NCBI GenBank assembly: GCA_030704665.1
Contig: JAUYID010000009.1
Coordinates: forward strand, 729,702 to 793,701
Direction: 5' to 3'
Length of the DNA: 64,000 nt
Source of the DNA: a bacterium
GTDB taxonomy: Bacteria > Patescibacteriota > Microgenomatia > Woykebacterales > RBG-16-39-9b
This document shows, one piece after another, positions 18,245-27,938 of this stretch. Numbering within the stretch: position 1 is the stretch's first letter; the number at the start of each line of letters is the position of its first letter. The notes under the pieces are model-generated. The model worked only from the letters and a program-made list of their open reading frames with translations, was not told where the DNA came from and made no database searches. The position numbers were made by a program, and so were the translations under genes.

Positions 18245-20500
18245 ATGCCCATAGGATCATTTGTCTCGGTACTCACAATTCTTATCTCATTAACCCTTAG
18301 TCTTTTGATTCTAATAAAGAATCCAAAAAGTCCTGTAAACTTATCCTTTGGAGCTTTCACATTATGTATCGTTACTTGGGTTCTAACAAATTTTCTTGCT
18401 GATCAGTCAAGTACCCCAGAAACAGCTTTATTTTGGGCAAGAGCAACAGTCTTAGGACCAGTAGTTCTGTCTCCTATTCTTCTGTTTTTCTCAGACGTAT
18501 ACCCAAAACCTCCGACAGTAATAAAACCTCTAGTTTGGGTTATTGCTACTATACCAACACTAATTCTTTTGCCTTTCATTCCAACCGCATTAAATATCTC
18601 CAAGGTAACATTTACAAACGCCGGCCAACAAACCGAAGTAGGACCTGTTTATTCTGCGATTGTTTTATTTATAGCAATATACGCATTAATTAGTTTAGCT
18701 AAACTTTATACAAAATATCGACGTTCTTATGGTTTACAAAAAATTCAACTTGCTTATCTATTGGGTGGGTTGTTTGCCACTCTCCTCTTTGCTTTAGTTA
18801 TGAGTGGAGTTCTACCTCTGTTTGGATTCTCTCAATTAATAAGTATCGCCCCTGCATCAACCTTAATACTAACTACTGCTGTAACCTACTCAATCATTCG
18901 TCATAGACTCCTGGATATCGAAATTATCATCCGTCGCTCACTTGTTTACTCATCTTTACTCTTTGTACTTGCCATAATTTATTCATCCCTTGTCTTTGTT
19001 TTGAATAGGTTATTTTTGCCGGAAGGTACGAGCTCTTTCCCGAGAATCACTGACTTACTAGCCATCATAGTTGTAGCTTTTACAGGTGACCCACTCAAAA
19101 GGTTTATTGAAAAAACCACTGACAAAATCTTTTTCAAGGCTAGGTACAATGCCGAAGAAACAATTTCCAATCTTGCAGAGGACATAAGCTCAATCATTGA
19201 CCTGGGCGAACTTCTTTTGGCTATCAAGAACAACCTAGCAGGATCAGTCAAAATGAGCAAATTTGCAGTTTATCTTCGCACTGATGGTCATTTTGAGAAG
19301 ATAGAGGTAGCTGATGGTTTCGACAACACTCTTGATACGATTGCTGAGCAAAAATATTTTCTGTCCGAAATACTTGAAAAATTTCCGCGTCTCTTAGTCA
19401 TGGAAGAAATCAAAAGTATGATCCAGGAACGGCGTGGTGTTTTTGATGAAAAGACCTTGGCCGCTTTCGAAGCTCTGGAAAAAAGTGGGGTGGCTGTGAT
19501 CGTTCCTCTGATCTCAAAGGACAAAATCACTGGTGCAGTTTTCCTTGGTGAAAAACTTTCCGGGGATCTCTACTCAAACGAAGATCTTAAGCTTCTGGAA
19601 ATTTTGGGTCGCCAAGCAGCCATCGCCATTGAGAACGCGAAACTTTATGATGAGCAGAAAAAGTTTGCCAGTAAACTCCAGATTGAAGTCAGCAAAGCCA
19701 CTGAAGATCTGCGAGCCGCCAACGACCGTCTCAAAGAACTCGATAAAGCCAAGGACGAATTCGTTTCGGTCGTTTCCCATGAACTTCGTACTCCAATGAC
19801 CGCAATAAAAAGTTACGTTTGGCTAGTTTTGAACGGTCGAGCCGGACCACTGAATACTCAAATGCAAAACTACCTTTTCAAGGTTTATGACAGCTCTGAG
19901 AGGCTCATCGGTATGATTAACGATGTCCTTGACGTCTCCCACATTGAGACTGGTCGGCTGAACATCGAGCTTGAACCAGTTTCTCTGATCAAAGTTGCCC
20001 AAGATGTGACTGATACCCTCGCCGAGCAAGCACGAGAACTAAAAATTGAAACAGTCATTGATAAAGATAGTACCGTACCCCTTGTCTCAGCTGACATTCA
20101 AAAACTTAACGAAATTTTTACCAACCTTATCGGCAATGCCCTGAAGTTTACTCGAGCCGGAGGAAAGATCACAGTTTCTTTCCAAAAAAACGCTGGTAAT
20201 ATTGAAACCTCAGTTGCCGATACCGGTATTGGAATTAGAAAAGATGATTTGCCCAAACTTTTTAGCAAGTTTGGCCGTTTGCAAAAAAGCTACGCCACTA
20301 TGGCAACCTCAGGTGGAAGTGGACTCGGGCTTTATATCACCAAAAACTATATTGAACTCATGCACGGAAAAATCTGGGCCAATAGTGTTGAGGGCAAAGG
20401 AACCACCTTCACTTTTTCTCTTCCAATCTCTAAATCTCAGAAACCGGTCGAACATGACCCAAGTACCCTAATGCTCCAGGGAATGCTCAAAAAACGCTAA
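18245..20500 (+). CDS. sensor histidine kinase with N-terminal multi-TM sensor module and GAF-like domain (no adjacent response regulator)
   Basis: HisKA region FVSVVSHELRTPMTAIKSY. HATPase_c motifs NLIGNALKFT and GGSGLGLYITK. Confidence 0.8.
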   Translation: MPIGSFVSVLTILISLTLSLLILIKNPKSPVNLSFGAFTLCIVTWVLTNFLADQSSTPETALFWARATVLGPVVLSPILLFFSDVYPKPPTVIKPLVWVIATIPTLILLPFIPTALNISKVTFTNAGQQTEVGPVYSAIVLFIAIYALISLAKLYTKYRRSYGLQKIQLAYLLGGLFATLLFALVMSGVLPLFGFSQLISIAPASTLILTTAVTYSIIRHRLLDIEIIIRRSLVYSSLLFVLAIIYSSLVFVLNRLFLPEGTSSFPRITDLLAIIVVAFTGDPLKRFIEKTTDKIFFKARYNAEETISNLAEDISSIIDLGELLLAIKNNLAGSVKMSKFAVYLRTDGHFEKIEVADGFDNTLDTIAEQKYFLSEILEKFPRLLVMEEIKSMIQERRGVFDEKTLAAFEALEKSGVAVIVPLISKDKITGAVFLGEKLSGDLYSNEDLKLLEILGRQAAIAIENAKLYDEQKKFASKLQIEVSKATEDLRAANDRLKELDKAKDEFVSVVSHELRTPMTAIKSYVWLVLNGRAGPLNTQMQNYLFKVYDSSERLIGMINDVLDVSHIETGRLNIELEPVSLIKVAQDVTDTLAEQARELKIETVIDKDSTVPLVSADIQKLNEIFTNLIGNALKFTRAGGKITVSFQKNAGNIETSVADTGIGIRKDDLPKLFSKFGRLQKSYATMATSGGSGLGLYITKNYIELMHGKIWANSVEGKGTTFTFSLPISKSQKPVEHDPSTLMLQGMLKKR

Positions 20501-20501
20501 A

Positions 20502-20771
20502 ATGAAGCTCTATCTGGATACGACTGTCAGCAAACAAGCAACTGTAACCCTCTTCAATGGAGACAAGAAGATTGATGAAAGAACCGCTACCTCGCCACTA
20601 CCCGCAATTGACTTCTTGGTAAAAAAACACAAACTCAATCTTTCTACCTTGGAATTTGAAATGAATGAAGGACCGGGCTCTTTCACCGGTCTTCGGGTCG
20701 GAGCTGCAGTAGTCAACACCATCAATTGGTTTAAGGGTAAAAAGAAACTTTTTTCTCCAAAATACGAGTGA
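20502..20771 (+). CDS. tsaB: truncated TsaB/YeaZ-like protein (N-terminal half only)
   Basis: 89 aa. EGPGSFTGLRVGAAVVNT is the TsaB/TsaD actin-like fold motif. A canonical TsaB is approx 230 aa. Confidence 0.55.
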   Translation: MKLYLDTTVSKQATVTLFNGDKKIDERTATSPLPAIDFLVKKHKLNLSTLEFEMNEGPGSFTGLRVGAAVVNTINWFKGKKKLFSPKYE

Positions 20772-21599
20772 TTAGCGGGCTATGGTGACCAGAAGAAGGG
20801 CTACTCCAACCACCAAACGGTAAACTACAAAGACACGAAAACTATTTTTTTGAACAAAGCTGAGAAGAAATTTTATCGCGATCCAGCCAGAAACAGCCGA
20901 GGCAAGGCTTCCAACCAAAAAAATATCAAAGTGATCTCCAAAGCCACCCTCTTTGATGATGTCTTTGAATTTAAAGAGCGAGGCTCCAACAATAATTGGG
21001 GTGGAAAGCAAAAAGGAAAATCTAGTTGCTGCCTCCCTGTCCAAGCCAGCTAGCAAACCGGCGGTGATAGTAATCCCACTGCGTGAAACCCCGGGAATCA
21101 GAGCAAGCACTTGGGCAAACCCCACTGCCAAAGAATCTCGCAGAGTAACCTTCTCAACCTTCCTCTTTCCTATTCGAGAATCAGCCCAATAAAGCACCAG
21201 AGCAAAGATTATCACTACTGAGGTAATCAGCACCATGTCTTTCCTGAAACTGTTTTCGACAATATTTTCAAGAAAGACTCCGGCAATAGCCGCTGGAATC
21301 GAGCCAAGCGCCAGTAGCAAAAAGAGTCTGCTTTCCGTTTCTTGCCAAATCTTTTTTGTCCCCCCAGGCAAATTTCTTAGAAAAGATAAAAACAACCTTA
21401 CCCAATCCCGCCAAAAAAAGCCGATCACCGCTAGACTAGTCCCAATATGCAAAGCTAAATCAAACGGTAGGGAAGCCACCACCCCTTGCCAACCAAAAAA
21501 CCAAGGTACCACAATCAAGTGCGCCGTAGAAGAAATAGGAAGAAACTCGGTCATACCCTGGATGAAGCCCAAAATGACAGCTTGGAAGATTTCAACCAT
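20772..21599 (-). CDS. uppP: undecaprenyl-diphosphatase
   Basis: GFIQGMTEFLPISSTAHL and PGVSRSGITI motifs. 8 TM helices. Confidence 0.85.
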   Translation of the reverse strand: MVEIFQAVILGFIQGMTEFLPISSTAHLIVVPWFFGWQGVVASLPFDLALHIGTSLAVIGFFWRDWVRLFLSFLRNLPGGTKKIWQETESRLFLLLALGSIPAAIAGVFLENIVENSFRKDMVLITSVVIIFALVLYWADSRIGKRKVEKVTLRDSLAVGFAQVLALIPGVSRSGITITAGLLAGLDREAATRFSFLLSTPIIVGASLFKFKDIIKEGGFGDHFDIFLVGSLASAVSGWIAIKFLLSFVQKNSFRVFVVYRLVVGVALLLVTIAR

Positions 21600-22239
21600 A
21601 ATTCTCTCCTACCAAAATCAGATTTCCAGTTTCAGCAAAGGCGGGACCGGATTTTTTGTTGACAACTCTAAAATAGCGAGCGAAAGCTTGCTCAAAACTC
21701 TTTATTTCCTTTTTGGAATCATAAATCCTATTCATGACGAGTCTTCCTCCACTTTTCAACAGTTTCCCCAACTTTTCCATAAAGTCTTTATCAAAAACAA
21801 AGCTCGGTACTTTGTCGCCGACGAAAAGATCCAAAATAATCAGATCGTAACTATTTTTGGCTGTTTTAACAAAGCTTCTTGCGTCTCCCACAAAGACGTT
21901 TACTTTTGCTTTCTCAAGATAAAAGAATCTTTTTCCCAAATCAATCATGAGAGGATCTATTTCCACCCCATCAATGATTGTTTCCGGATATTTTTTGCGT
22001 AGTGATAGTGCAACAGTCCCGGCTGACATCCCCAAAAGCAAAACTCTGTTTCCAGTTTTGAGTGGTACTGAGTGGGCAAGCGCGTTCCAATAGAACTCAC
22101 TTTCACCGTTGTCCTTGACGCTGCGCGATTGAACAAAACCAGAAGCGGACAGTTTCCGAACCCCCAGAATCTCAAAAACTTTGATTTCGCCGTTGAAGGG
22201 GGACTCGCCTTCAAAGAGTATCTTTGCCCAAAAATTCAC
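21592..22239 (-). CDS. spermidine-synthase-like (PABS family) methyltransferase-fold protein
   Basis: LLLGMSAGTVA...IDGVEIDPLMIDLGKRFF...IILDLF matches the spermidine synthase short form. pdaD lies nearby. Confidence 0.55.
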   Translation of the reverse strand: MNFWAKILFEGESPFNGEIKVFEILGVRKLSASGFVQSRSVKDNGESEFYWNALAHSVPLKTGNRVLLLGMSAGTVALSLRKKYPETIIDGVEIDPLMIDLGKRFFYLEKAKVNVFVGDARSFVKTAKNSYDLIILDLFVGDKVPSFVFDKDFMEKLGKLLKSGGRLVMNRIYDSKKEIKSFEQAFARYFRVVNKKSGPAFAETGNLILVGENYG

Positions 22240-23440
22240 GCAACACCTCAGGAACTTTGACCGAACCGTCTTTTTGCTGATAATTTTCTAAAATAGCGAT
22301 TGGTGTTCGACTCATCGCGATTGCCGTTCCGTTGAGGGTATGAACAAACTCAGTTTTCTTCCCATCTTTAGTCCGATACTTAATCCCCAACCTCCGTGCT
22401 TGGTAATCAGTAGTATTCGAGGTTGACGTTAGTTCACGATAAGTCTCATCAAGCGGAGAGTAATATTCAAAATCATATTTTAAAACTGCTGGAGCACTCA
22501 TCTCACCACTGGCAATATTCACAATTCGGTAGGGAATCTTCAACGCCTGATAAATCTCCTCCTCAACTGCAATAATCTCCTTAAACTCTTTTTCTGAGTC
22601 AGCTGGTTTGGCAAATTTGAAGATTTCCACTTTATCAAACTGATGAACCCGGTAAATCCCTTTCGCGTACTTACCATAGGTTCCTGATTCTTTCCGAAAA
22701 GAGCTACTGAAACCAGCATAATTTAGAGGTAGGTCTTCCTCATTTAGAATTTGCTCAGCATGCATACCGGCGAGAGGAATTTCTGCTGTCGCAATTAAGT
22801 ACAAGTCCTCATTTTCCACCTTATAGAGGTCAGGTTCTTCCCGCTTTGGTAAATAGCCGGTGCCCTGAATAAACTTTTGGAGAGCCAGCTCCGGAGTAAT
22901 TACTGGATGAAAACCTTTTTTTACCAAAAACTGCATGACCCAATTCACTAGGGCGAGCTCTAAAAGGGCACCGCCGTCTTTTAAATAGTAGAATCCACGC
23001 CCCCCAATCTTTGTTCCAGCCTCAAAATCGATAATTCCCAGCTTCTCTGCTATTTGCACGTGATCGATAATCTTGAAATCTCTTTTCTCGATCTCTCCCC
23101 AACGCTTTATCTCAACGTTAGATTCCTCTGTAGCACCATCTGGAACCGACTTGTCCAAAAGATTTGGGACTTGGTCAAGTAAGTCTCTAAACTCCTCTTT
23201 CACCGCTGCCAATGCTGCCTCTTGTTTGGTTAAGTGAACCTTGATTTTCTTACCCTTCTCAATATCCTTATCTTTTGCAAACTGGTTTTTTTGACTACGC
23301 AGATTATCTACTTCAACTATCAAATCGCTACGTGCTTTGTCAACTCTCAAAAGACGGTCGAGATCAAACTCATAGCGCCGTTTTTTTAGAGTTTCTCTAA
23401 TAAGATTTTGGTTGTCCCGAACGAATTTAATATCGAGCAT
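22211..23440 (-). CDS. serS: seryl-tRNA synthetase
   Basis: N-terminal coiled coil (MLDIKFVRDN...) and class II core motifs FRKE...GL.RVHQF...GEMSAPA. Confidence 0.9.
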   Translation of the reverse strand: MLDIKFVRDNQNLIRETLKKRRYEFDLDRLLRVDKARSDLIVEVDNLRSQKNQFAKDKDIEKGKKIKVHLTKQEAALAAVKEEFRDLLDQVPNLLDKSVPDGATEESNVEIKRWGEIEKRDFKIIDHVQIAEKLGIIDFEAGTKIGGRGFYYLKDGGALLELALVNWVMQFLVKKGFHPVITPELALQKFIQGTGYLPKREEPDLYKVENEDLYLIATAEIPLAGMHAEQILNEEDLPLNYAGFSSSFRKESGTYGKYAKGIYRVHQFDKVEIFKFAKPADSEKEFKEIIAVEEEIYQALKIPYRIVNIASGEMSAPAVLKYDFEYYSPLDETYRELTSTSNTTDYQARRLGIKYRTKDGKKTEFVHTLNGTAIAMSRTPIAILENYQQKDGSVKVPEVLREFLGKDTL

Positions 23441-23457
23441 TGTTTAGGGTACAGGGT

Positions 23458-23826
23458 TTAGGGTTTAGCTCCTTTTAAGTTCGAAATCATTTTATTCAGC
23501 ATTTTTCTAGTTTCTTCTAATAGATTGGTGGCTTTAGAATAATCCAATTTTTTGGTTTGTTCAAGTTTTTCTGCGATTATTAGTTGGGTTTCTACTTCAG
23601 ACGAAGATGCAAACGCAACTCTGAGGAATTGTATATACTCTGCTTTGTGACCTCTTTGATAGCCTTCCGCGATATTTGAAGGAATAGCCACTGCCGCTCT
23701 TCGTAACTGACTTACCAATCCGTAGGTTTCCTCTTTCGGGAATTTGGCTGTGAGTTTATAGATTTCCTCAACAAGTTCAATTGAACGTTGCCAAACCGTA
23801 AGTTCTTTGTAAGAAGTTAAAGTCAT
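23458..23826 (-). CDS. four-helix-bundle protein (23S rRNA intervening-sequence protein family)
   Basis: LTVWQRSIELVEEIYKLTAKFPKEETYGLVSQLRRAAVAIPSNIAEG is the hallmark of this family. Confidence 0.75.
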   Translation of the reverse strand: MTLTSYKELTVWQRSIELVEEIYKLTAKFPKEETYGLVSQLRRAAVAIPSNIAEGYQRGHKAEYIQFLRVAFASSSEVETQLIIAEKLEQTKKLDYSKATNLLEETRKMLNKMISNLKGAKP

Positions 23827-23859
23827 CTTTTCTACACCCTAAACGCTAATCCCTACTCC

Positions 23860-24057
23860 CTATAATTCAAGTATTTCTTTGGCTTCGGCAATGTATTCTT
23901 CTGGGACAATGACGGTACGACTCAGCTCAACACCAAAAACCCCGGTCGATGAGGTTTCACTTCCAACTCGAGCCGGAATACCGGCATTTTTCAGCCTTTC
24001 AACTAGCATCAGGGCCACTTTATTGTCGAAGGCGGTTGTCACCACTCGCTCACTCAT
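23860..24057 (-). CDS. small hypothetical protein
   Basis: 65 aa. Overlaps the lysK stop by 8 nt. Confidence 0.3.
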   Translation of the reverse strand: MSERVVTTAFDNKVALMLVERLKNAGIPARVGSETSSTGVFGVELSRTVIVPEEYIAEAKEILEL

Positions 24058-25591
24058 ACTGTTTTTTTAAGGCTTTTCTAGCTTTAGATTTATCAGAAAT
24101 TATTAAGGCTGAAACTTTTGGTCCGTGATCATCTCCAATTAAAGCTTGATACGTACTTGTGAAAGCTTCTTTTGGCTGTAAATCATTTTCCTTTGCTATC
24201 TGAAAGATGCGTTTCTGCAGTTCCTCCTCAGTCCAGTCTTTATCTAAGTCTCTATCAAGATCTTTAAAGTATTTTTTCACTCGCTCACTAAAAGTGAGTT
24301 TTTCTTGCTCTTTAACCTCAATTACCCTCTGCTCTTTTTTTGCAAACCTTTCGAGCCAGATTTTGGCGTAACGCGCTCTTCTATCCAAGTCTTCTTTGTC
24401 CTCTTTTGTTAAACCTGAACCCTTAGCTTTTTCTGCTTCAGCTTCTATGTTTATATTTGGTTGGCGCAGCCAATTGGCCAAAGTAATAAACCGTGGAATG
24501 AAAACCTTGACCGGTTTCCCAATATGGCCGGCTTCAAAAGTCCGTCCCAAGTCAGACTCTGGATCTGCAAAATAAGCTTCCCGGGCTCGATCGTACTCGT
24601 CAAACAAATTGGGAATAGTATCCGAATGAGTGGGATCAAAATCAATCGCCACTCGAGGGTGATAGCGGGCGTTTAAAAATCTGAGTACGCTAGCAGGTAA
24701 CACTTCCGCAACAGCAGCTGCGGAAGCTCCTAAACCTTTGGAAGAACTCATTTTTTTACCCCCAAAAAGAAAGTGCTCGTAGGCAAGATCTTCCGGCGGT
24801 TCAATTTTGAAAATCTCCCGAGCAATATGATTGCCGATATCACGCGAGCCGCCTTTGGAGGTGTGGTCTTTGCCTGAGCCCTCGAAGCCAACCTGATTAA
24901 CCAACCATTTACTCGGCCACTCCACTTTCCAAGGCATTTTGCCTTTACCGCCAAAGGGACTCACTTTCCCCTCATACCCACAGCCTACCGCCCACTCAAC
25001 CATGTCTTTTTCACAAACGTAACTGACTTGCTTCCCGTCCCAAAAGTAAACTCTCGTCGTGCCGATCCTGCCGCAATTTTCGCACACCGGCTGAAAAGGA
25101 AACCAATCTTTTTTCTTTTCAGAACCAGAAACCCGCTGGTAAATTTCCTGAATTTCAGGGGCCTTATCAAGAACAATTTTTATTGCTTGATCGAGCCTTC
25201 CCGAGGCGTACATATCCTTGTAAGACCAAACGATTTCTGGTTCGGCACCAAGAGAATTGAAAACTTTCAAAAAGTCTTTGGCGTAGTAGTCTGCGTAACT
25301 GGTGTAACCTCTTTGCGGAGAAGGGACGTCTTTGAGAGGAAAACCCATGTATTTTTCATATTTTTCTTTATCCAAGTAAATCGGAAGACCGTCCATTGGA
25401 TCAAAGTCATCAAAGTGATAAGTATAGCGAGCCTTTTTGCCTAGTTTTAGTAGGGATTTGTAAACAAAATCGTGGATGAGAACTCCCCGCAAAGAACCAA
25501 CGTGAACTTTCCCAGAGGGGGTTTTTGCATCGTTAACCAGAATCGGTTCTTTTCTTTTTGTTTCTTTGGCAACAATGTCAGCCCAAAACAT
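24050..25591 (-). CDS. lysK: class I lysyl-tRNA synthetase
   Basis: TPSGKVHVGSLRG (HIGH-type) and KMSSSKG (KMSKS). 513 aa. Confidence 0.7.
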   Translation of the reverse strand: MFWADIVAKETKRKEPILVNDAKTPSGKVHVGSLRGVLIHDFVYKSLLKLGKKARYTYHFDDFDPMDGLPIYLDKEKYEKYMGFPLKDVPSPQRGYTSYADYYAKDFLKVFNSLGAEPEIVWSYKDMYASGRLDQAIKIVLDKAPEIQEIYQRVSGSEKKKDWFPFQPVCENCGRIGTTRVYFWDGKQVSYVCEKDMVEWAVGCGYEGKVSPFGGKGKMPWKVEWPSKWLVNQVGFEGSGKDHTSKGGSRDIGNHIAREIFKIEPPEDLAYEHFLFGGKKMSSSKGLGASAAAVAEVLPASVLRFLNARYHPRVAIDFDPTHSDTIPNLFDEYDRAREAYFADPESDLGRTFEAGHIGKPVKVFIPRFITLANWLRQPNINIEAEAEKAKGSGLTKEDKEDLDRRARYAKIWLERFAKKEQRVIEVKEQEKLTFSERVKKYFKDLDRDLDKDWTEEELQKRIFQIAKENDLQPKEAFTSTYQALIGDDHGPKVSALIISDKSKARKALKKQYE

Positions 25592-25722
25592 GAACCTAGT
25601 ATATATGAAGTTGAGCTTGGTTGCAAAGGAAGAAAGTGGGGGTAGGGACTCACGTCGGTAGACAGGGTCGAACAGACCGTCTAGCCAACATGAGTCCCCT
25701 TTGTGGTGAGTGTCATGGTCGA

Positions 25723-26265
25723 TCAGGCTCCAGCTGCCAACTCCGTCAGGTGAAGATGAGCTCGAACGAAATCGAAACCCTCCTGAGCAGAGCGGACATA
25801 GGTAACCTTGCCTTGAGCTGCCGTCTCTTCTCGGATCAAATCCACCGCCCTACCTCCAATGTCGAAGACTACTGTCGGCTTGTCCTTATCAGTAGCCTTC
25901 AAAGCCTCGGCGTAAGTCTTGCTTTCTCCAGGCAAGACCAGTACCACCTTTGACTCTTCGATCTGGTTGGTATTACGATGGTCGCGATCCTTCGTAGAAG
26001 GAACGATGGTTGGGCCCAGCTGCAAGAACGATGGTTCTAGCATTTCCCGGGTAATGCCGACGGGAAGTTCGATCAGAACCTGAACGTTTCGATTCGACGA
26101 AGAAAGCAGCCCCTCACACAATGCATGGACAACCTCTCCCTTGGTTGGACCCAAGCGAAGCAGCCAAGGCATGGGTGCAAGGTAAACACCCAACTGTCGG
26201 ATGATCGACCGCTGTCTCGAATGAAGCACCAAACTCTCACCACCCGCAATGAAAAGCGCGTCCAT
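25723..26265 (-). CDS. hypothetical protein in a GC-rich patch
   Basis: 180 aa. Local GC is above window average. The overlapping + strand ORF at 25621-25953 is probably spurious. Confidence 0.35.
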   Translation of the reverse strand: MDALFIAGGESLVLHSRQRSIIRQLGVYLAPMPWLLRLGPTKGEVVHALCEGLLSSSNRNVQVLIELPVGITREMLEPSFLQLGPTIVPSTKDRDHRNTNQIEESKVVLVLPGESKTYAEALKATDKDKPTVVFDIGGRAVDLIREETAAQGKVTYVRSAQEGFDFVRAHLHLTELAAGA

Positions 26266-26360
26266 TGGTTTTCTCCTCTCTCTGACGCGGCTGCGGGTTT
26301 ATGGATAGGTATTCTAACATATTTAGCTTTAATTTCAACTTACAAGGAAGCAAACAGGGA

Positions 26361-26912
26361 TTAGGCGGTGTGGATTGAGGCAGAAGCGTGGGTTTGGGGA
26401 GAGTTTTCCATAAGGTGAAGAAACTCAAGCATGTTTTTTACACTTTTAGCCAAAAAAACTTTGCTTCCTGTCTTGGGAAGCATTCGTACAATAGCAGAAA
26501 CTGGACCTGATTTATCAAGGACAGCTACTGGTTTTTTATAATCCAAAATTGCATTGATAATTTCAGAAACAGTGGCATCGGCCCCACCAATGACGGCGAG
26601 CGCGTCACAAAGTTTGATTTGGATGAGATTTCGGCTTGGATAATCTACCCCGGTCTGAACAACGATGTCAGCTCCCTGGGCCAATTCTTCCCCAACTCTC
26701 TTCATTTCTATTAAATCTGGTAGATAAAATATCGATTTGCCATGACTCGGAACCGAGTTAAAACCTTCCAATACAAAACGGGCCACTCCTGTACCAGAAC
26801 CAAGAACCACGTCGAAGCCTGACTCGGCAAGGAGTTTCCCTAGCAAACGGGATTCTTTGGCGAAAAGATTTGCTTTGTGATTTTCCCAGCTACCACAAAC
26901 AAGCACTTTCAT
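26361..26912 (-). CDS. LOG/TIGR00725-like Rossmann-fold nucleotide-binding protein
   Basis: VLVCGSW...VIGGADATVSEIINA resembles LOG-family GGxGT..E motifs. Confidence 0.5.
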   Translation of the reverse strand: MKVLVCGSWENHKANLFAKESRLLGKLLAESGFDVVLGSGTGVARFVLEGFNSVPSHGKSIFYLPDLIEMKRVGEELAQGADIVVQTGVDYPSRNLIQIKLCDALAVIGGADATVSEIINAILDYKKPVAVLDKSGPVSAIVRMLPKTGSKVFLAKSVKNMLEFLHLMENSPQTHASASIHTA

Positions 26913-26920
26913 AAGTGAAG

Positions 26921-27418
26921 CTAGTTTATCGCTTTGATGCGGTAATGTAAAGTAGCATACGGCGTAGTGACATCGACTTCGTCACCGACCTTGAGGCCAA
27001 TCAGAGCTTTACCAACTGGAGATTCATGGGAAATCCGACCGCTCTCTGGCTCAGCTTCCATCGTTCCAACGATGTGATAAGTATCTCGATCACCGTCTAT
27101 CTCAACTGTCACACTTGAACCAATCTGGACCATCCCAAGATGGGTTTCTTCGATGACTTCACTTCTCTTGAGAATAGATTCAATTTCGAGAATTCTTCCT
27201 TCAGTAAAAGACTGTTCATCACGAGCAGTGTCATACTCTGAGTTTTCGCTGATATCCCCATATTCCCTTGCCTTGGCGATTCTTTCGGTAACTTCTTTTC
27301 TTTTGACATTTTTCAAATGATCAAGCTCTTCTTTGAGCTTGGCTAAGCCTTCGCCGGTGAGATAAACTTTTTCAGCTAAGTCTTTGTTAATTATTTCCTC
27401 TGAAGTAGAATTTTTCAT
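26921..27418 (-). CDS. greA: transcription elongation factor GreA
   Basis: N-terminal coiled coil with the conserved acidic tip (YGDISENSEYD), plus a C-terminal FKBP-like domain. Confidence 0.85.
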   Translation of the reverse strand: MKNSTSEEIINKDLAEKVYLTGEGLAKLKEELDHLKNVKRKEVTERIAKAREYGDISENSEYDTARDEQSFTEGRILEIESILKRSEVIEETHLGMVQIGSSVTVEIDGDRDTYHIVGTMEAEPESGRISHESPVGKALIGLKVGDEVDVTTPYATLHYRIKAIN

Positions 27419-27609
27419 AATTTTAATTTTGCTTTTCCTTTCTTAGAAAACGCAAAAGTCCCCAATCTCGGGGACTTCATTTTCGTACCCTAACAAAGTA
27501 GGGATTTCAATACTCAAACCCGAGTACAGGATCCAAGTATCACGCTAGAAAATATCATAAATATATTACCCTTGTCAAGCAGTCTAGTAAGCAGCTGAGT
27601 AGCTCCTCT

Positions 27610-27639
27610 TTGACGTCTACGAAGCTAATAATGTATAAT
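27610..27639 (+). promoter_or_regulatory. sigma70-like promoter upstream of tRNA-Glu (TTGACG, 18-nt spacer, TATAAT)
   Basis: TTGACG at 27610-27615 and TATAAT at 27634-27639. The tRNA starts at 27664. Confidence 0.45.
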
Positions 27640-27663
27640 CCGACCACGAAACATTTATCTAAA

Positions 27664-27740
27664 GGCCCCGTCGTCTAGCGGTTCAGGACACCTGGTTCTC
27701 ATCCAGGAGATCATCGGTTCAAATCCGATCGGGGTCACCA
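27664..27740 (+). tRNA. tRNA-Glu (anticodon CUC), CCA encoded
   Basis: Acceptor stem GGCCCCG/CGGGGUC. Anticodon stem CCUGG/CCAGG with loop UUCUCAU. T-arm GGUUCAAAUCC. 3' CCA present. Confidence 0.85.
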
Positions 27741-27938
27741 GTACGGATATCCTTTCCCGATAGTCATCTCTATATTTGTTTGTGCAGGCTTGTAGGAAAC
27801 CTATCTTAACACTCCTTCCAATTCGGGCTGTAATTTTTCGTTAACCAGCTACAAAATAAATCCACTCCGACTCTAAATAAAGTTTACAATTCAACTAAAT
27901 TGAACTAAAATGCAGCTGTCTGTTGAGAAGGGAAAAAT

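Noticed and set aside
27445-27485. Hairpin AGUCCCCAAUCUCGGGGACU near greA as its terminator
   Set aside because: It lies upstream (5') of the minus-strand greA, not after its stop. It may terminate an unseen transcript or be a regulatory hairpin. Left unassigned.
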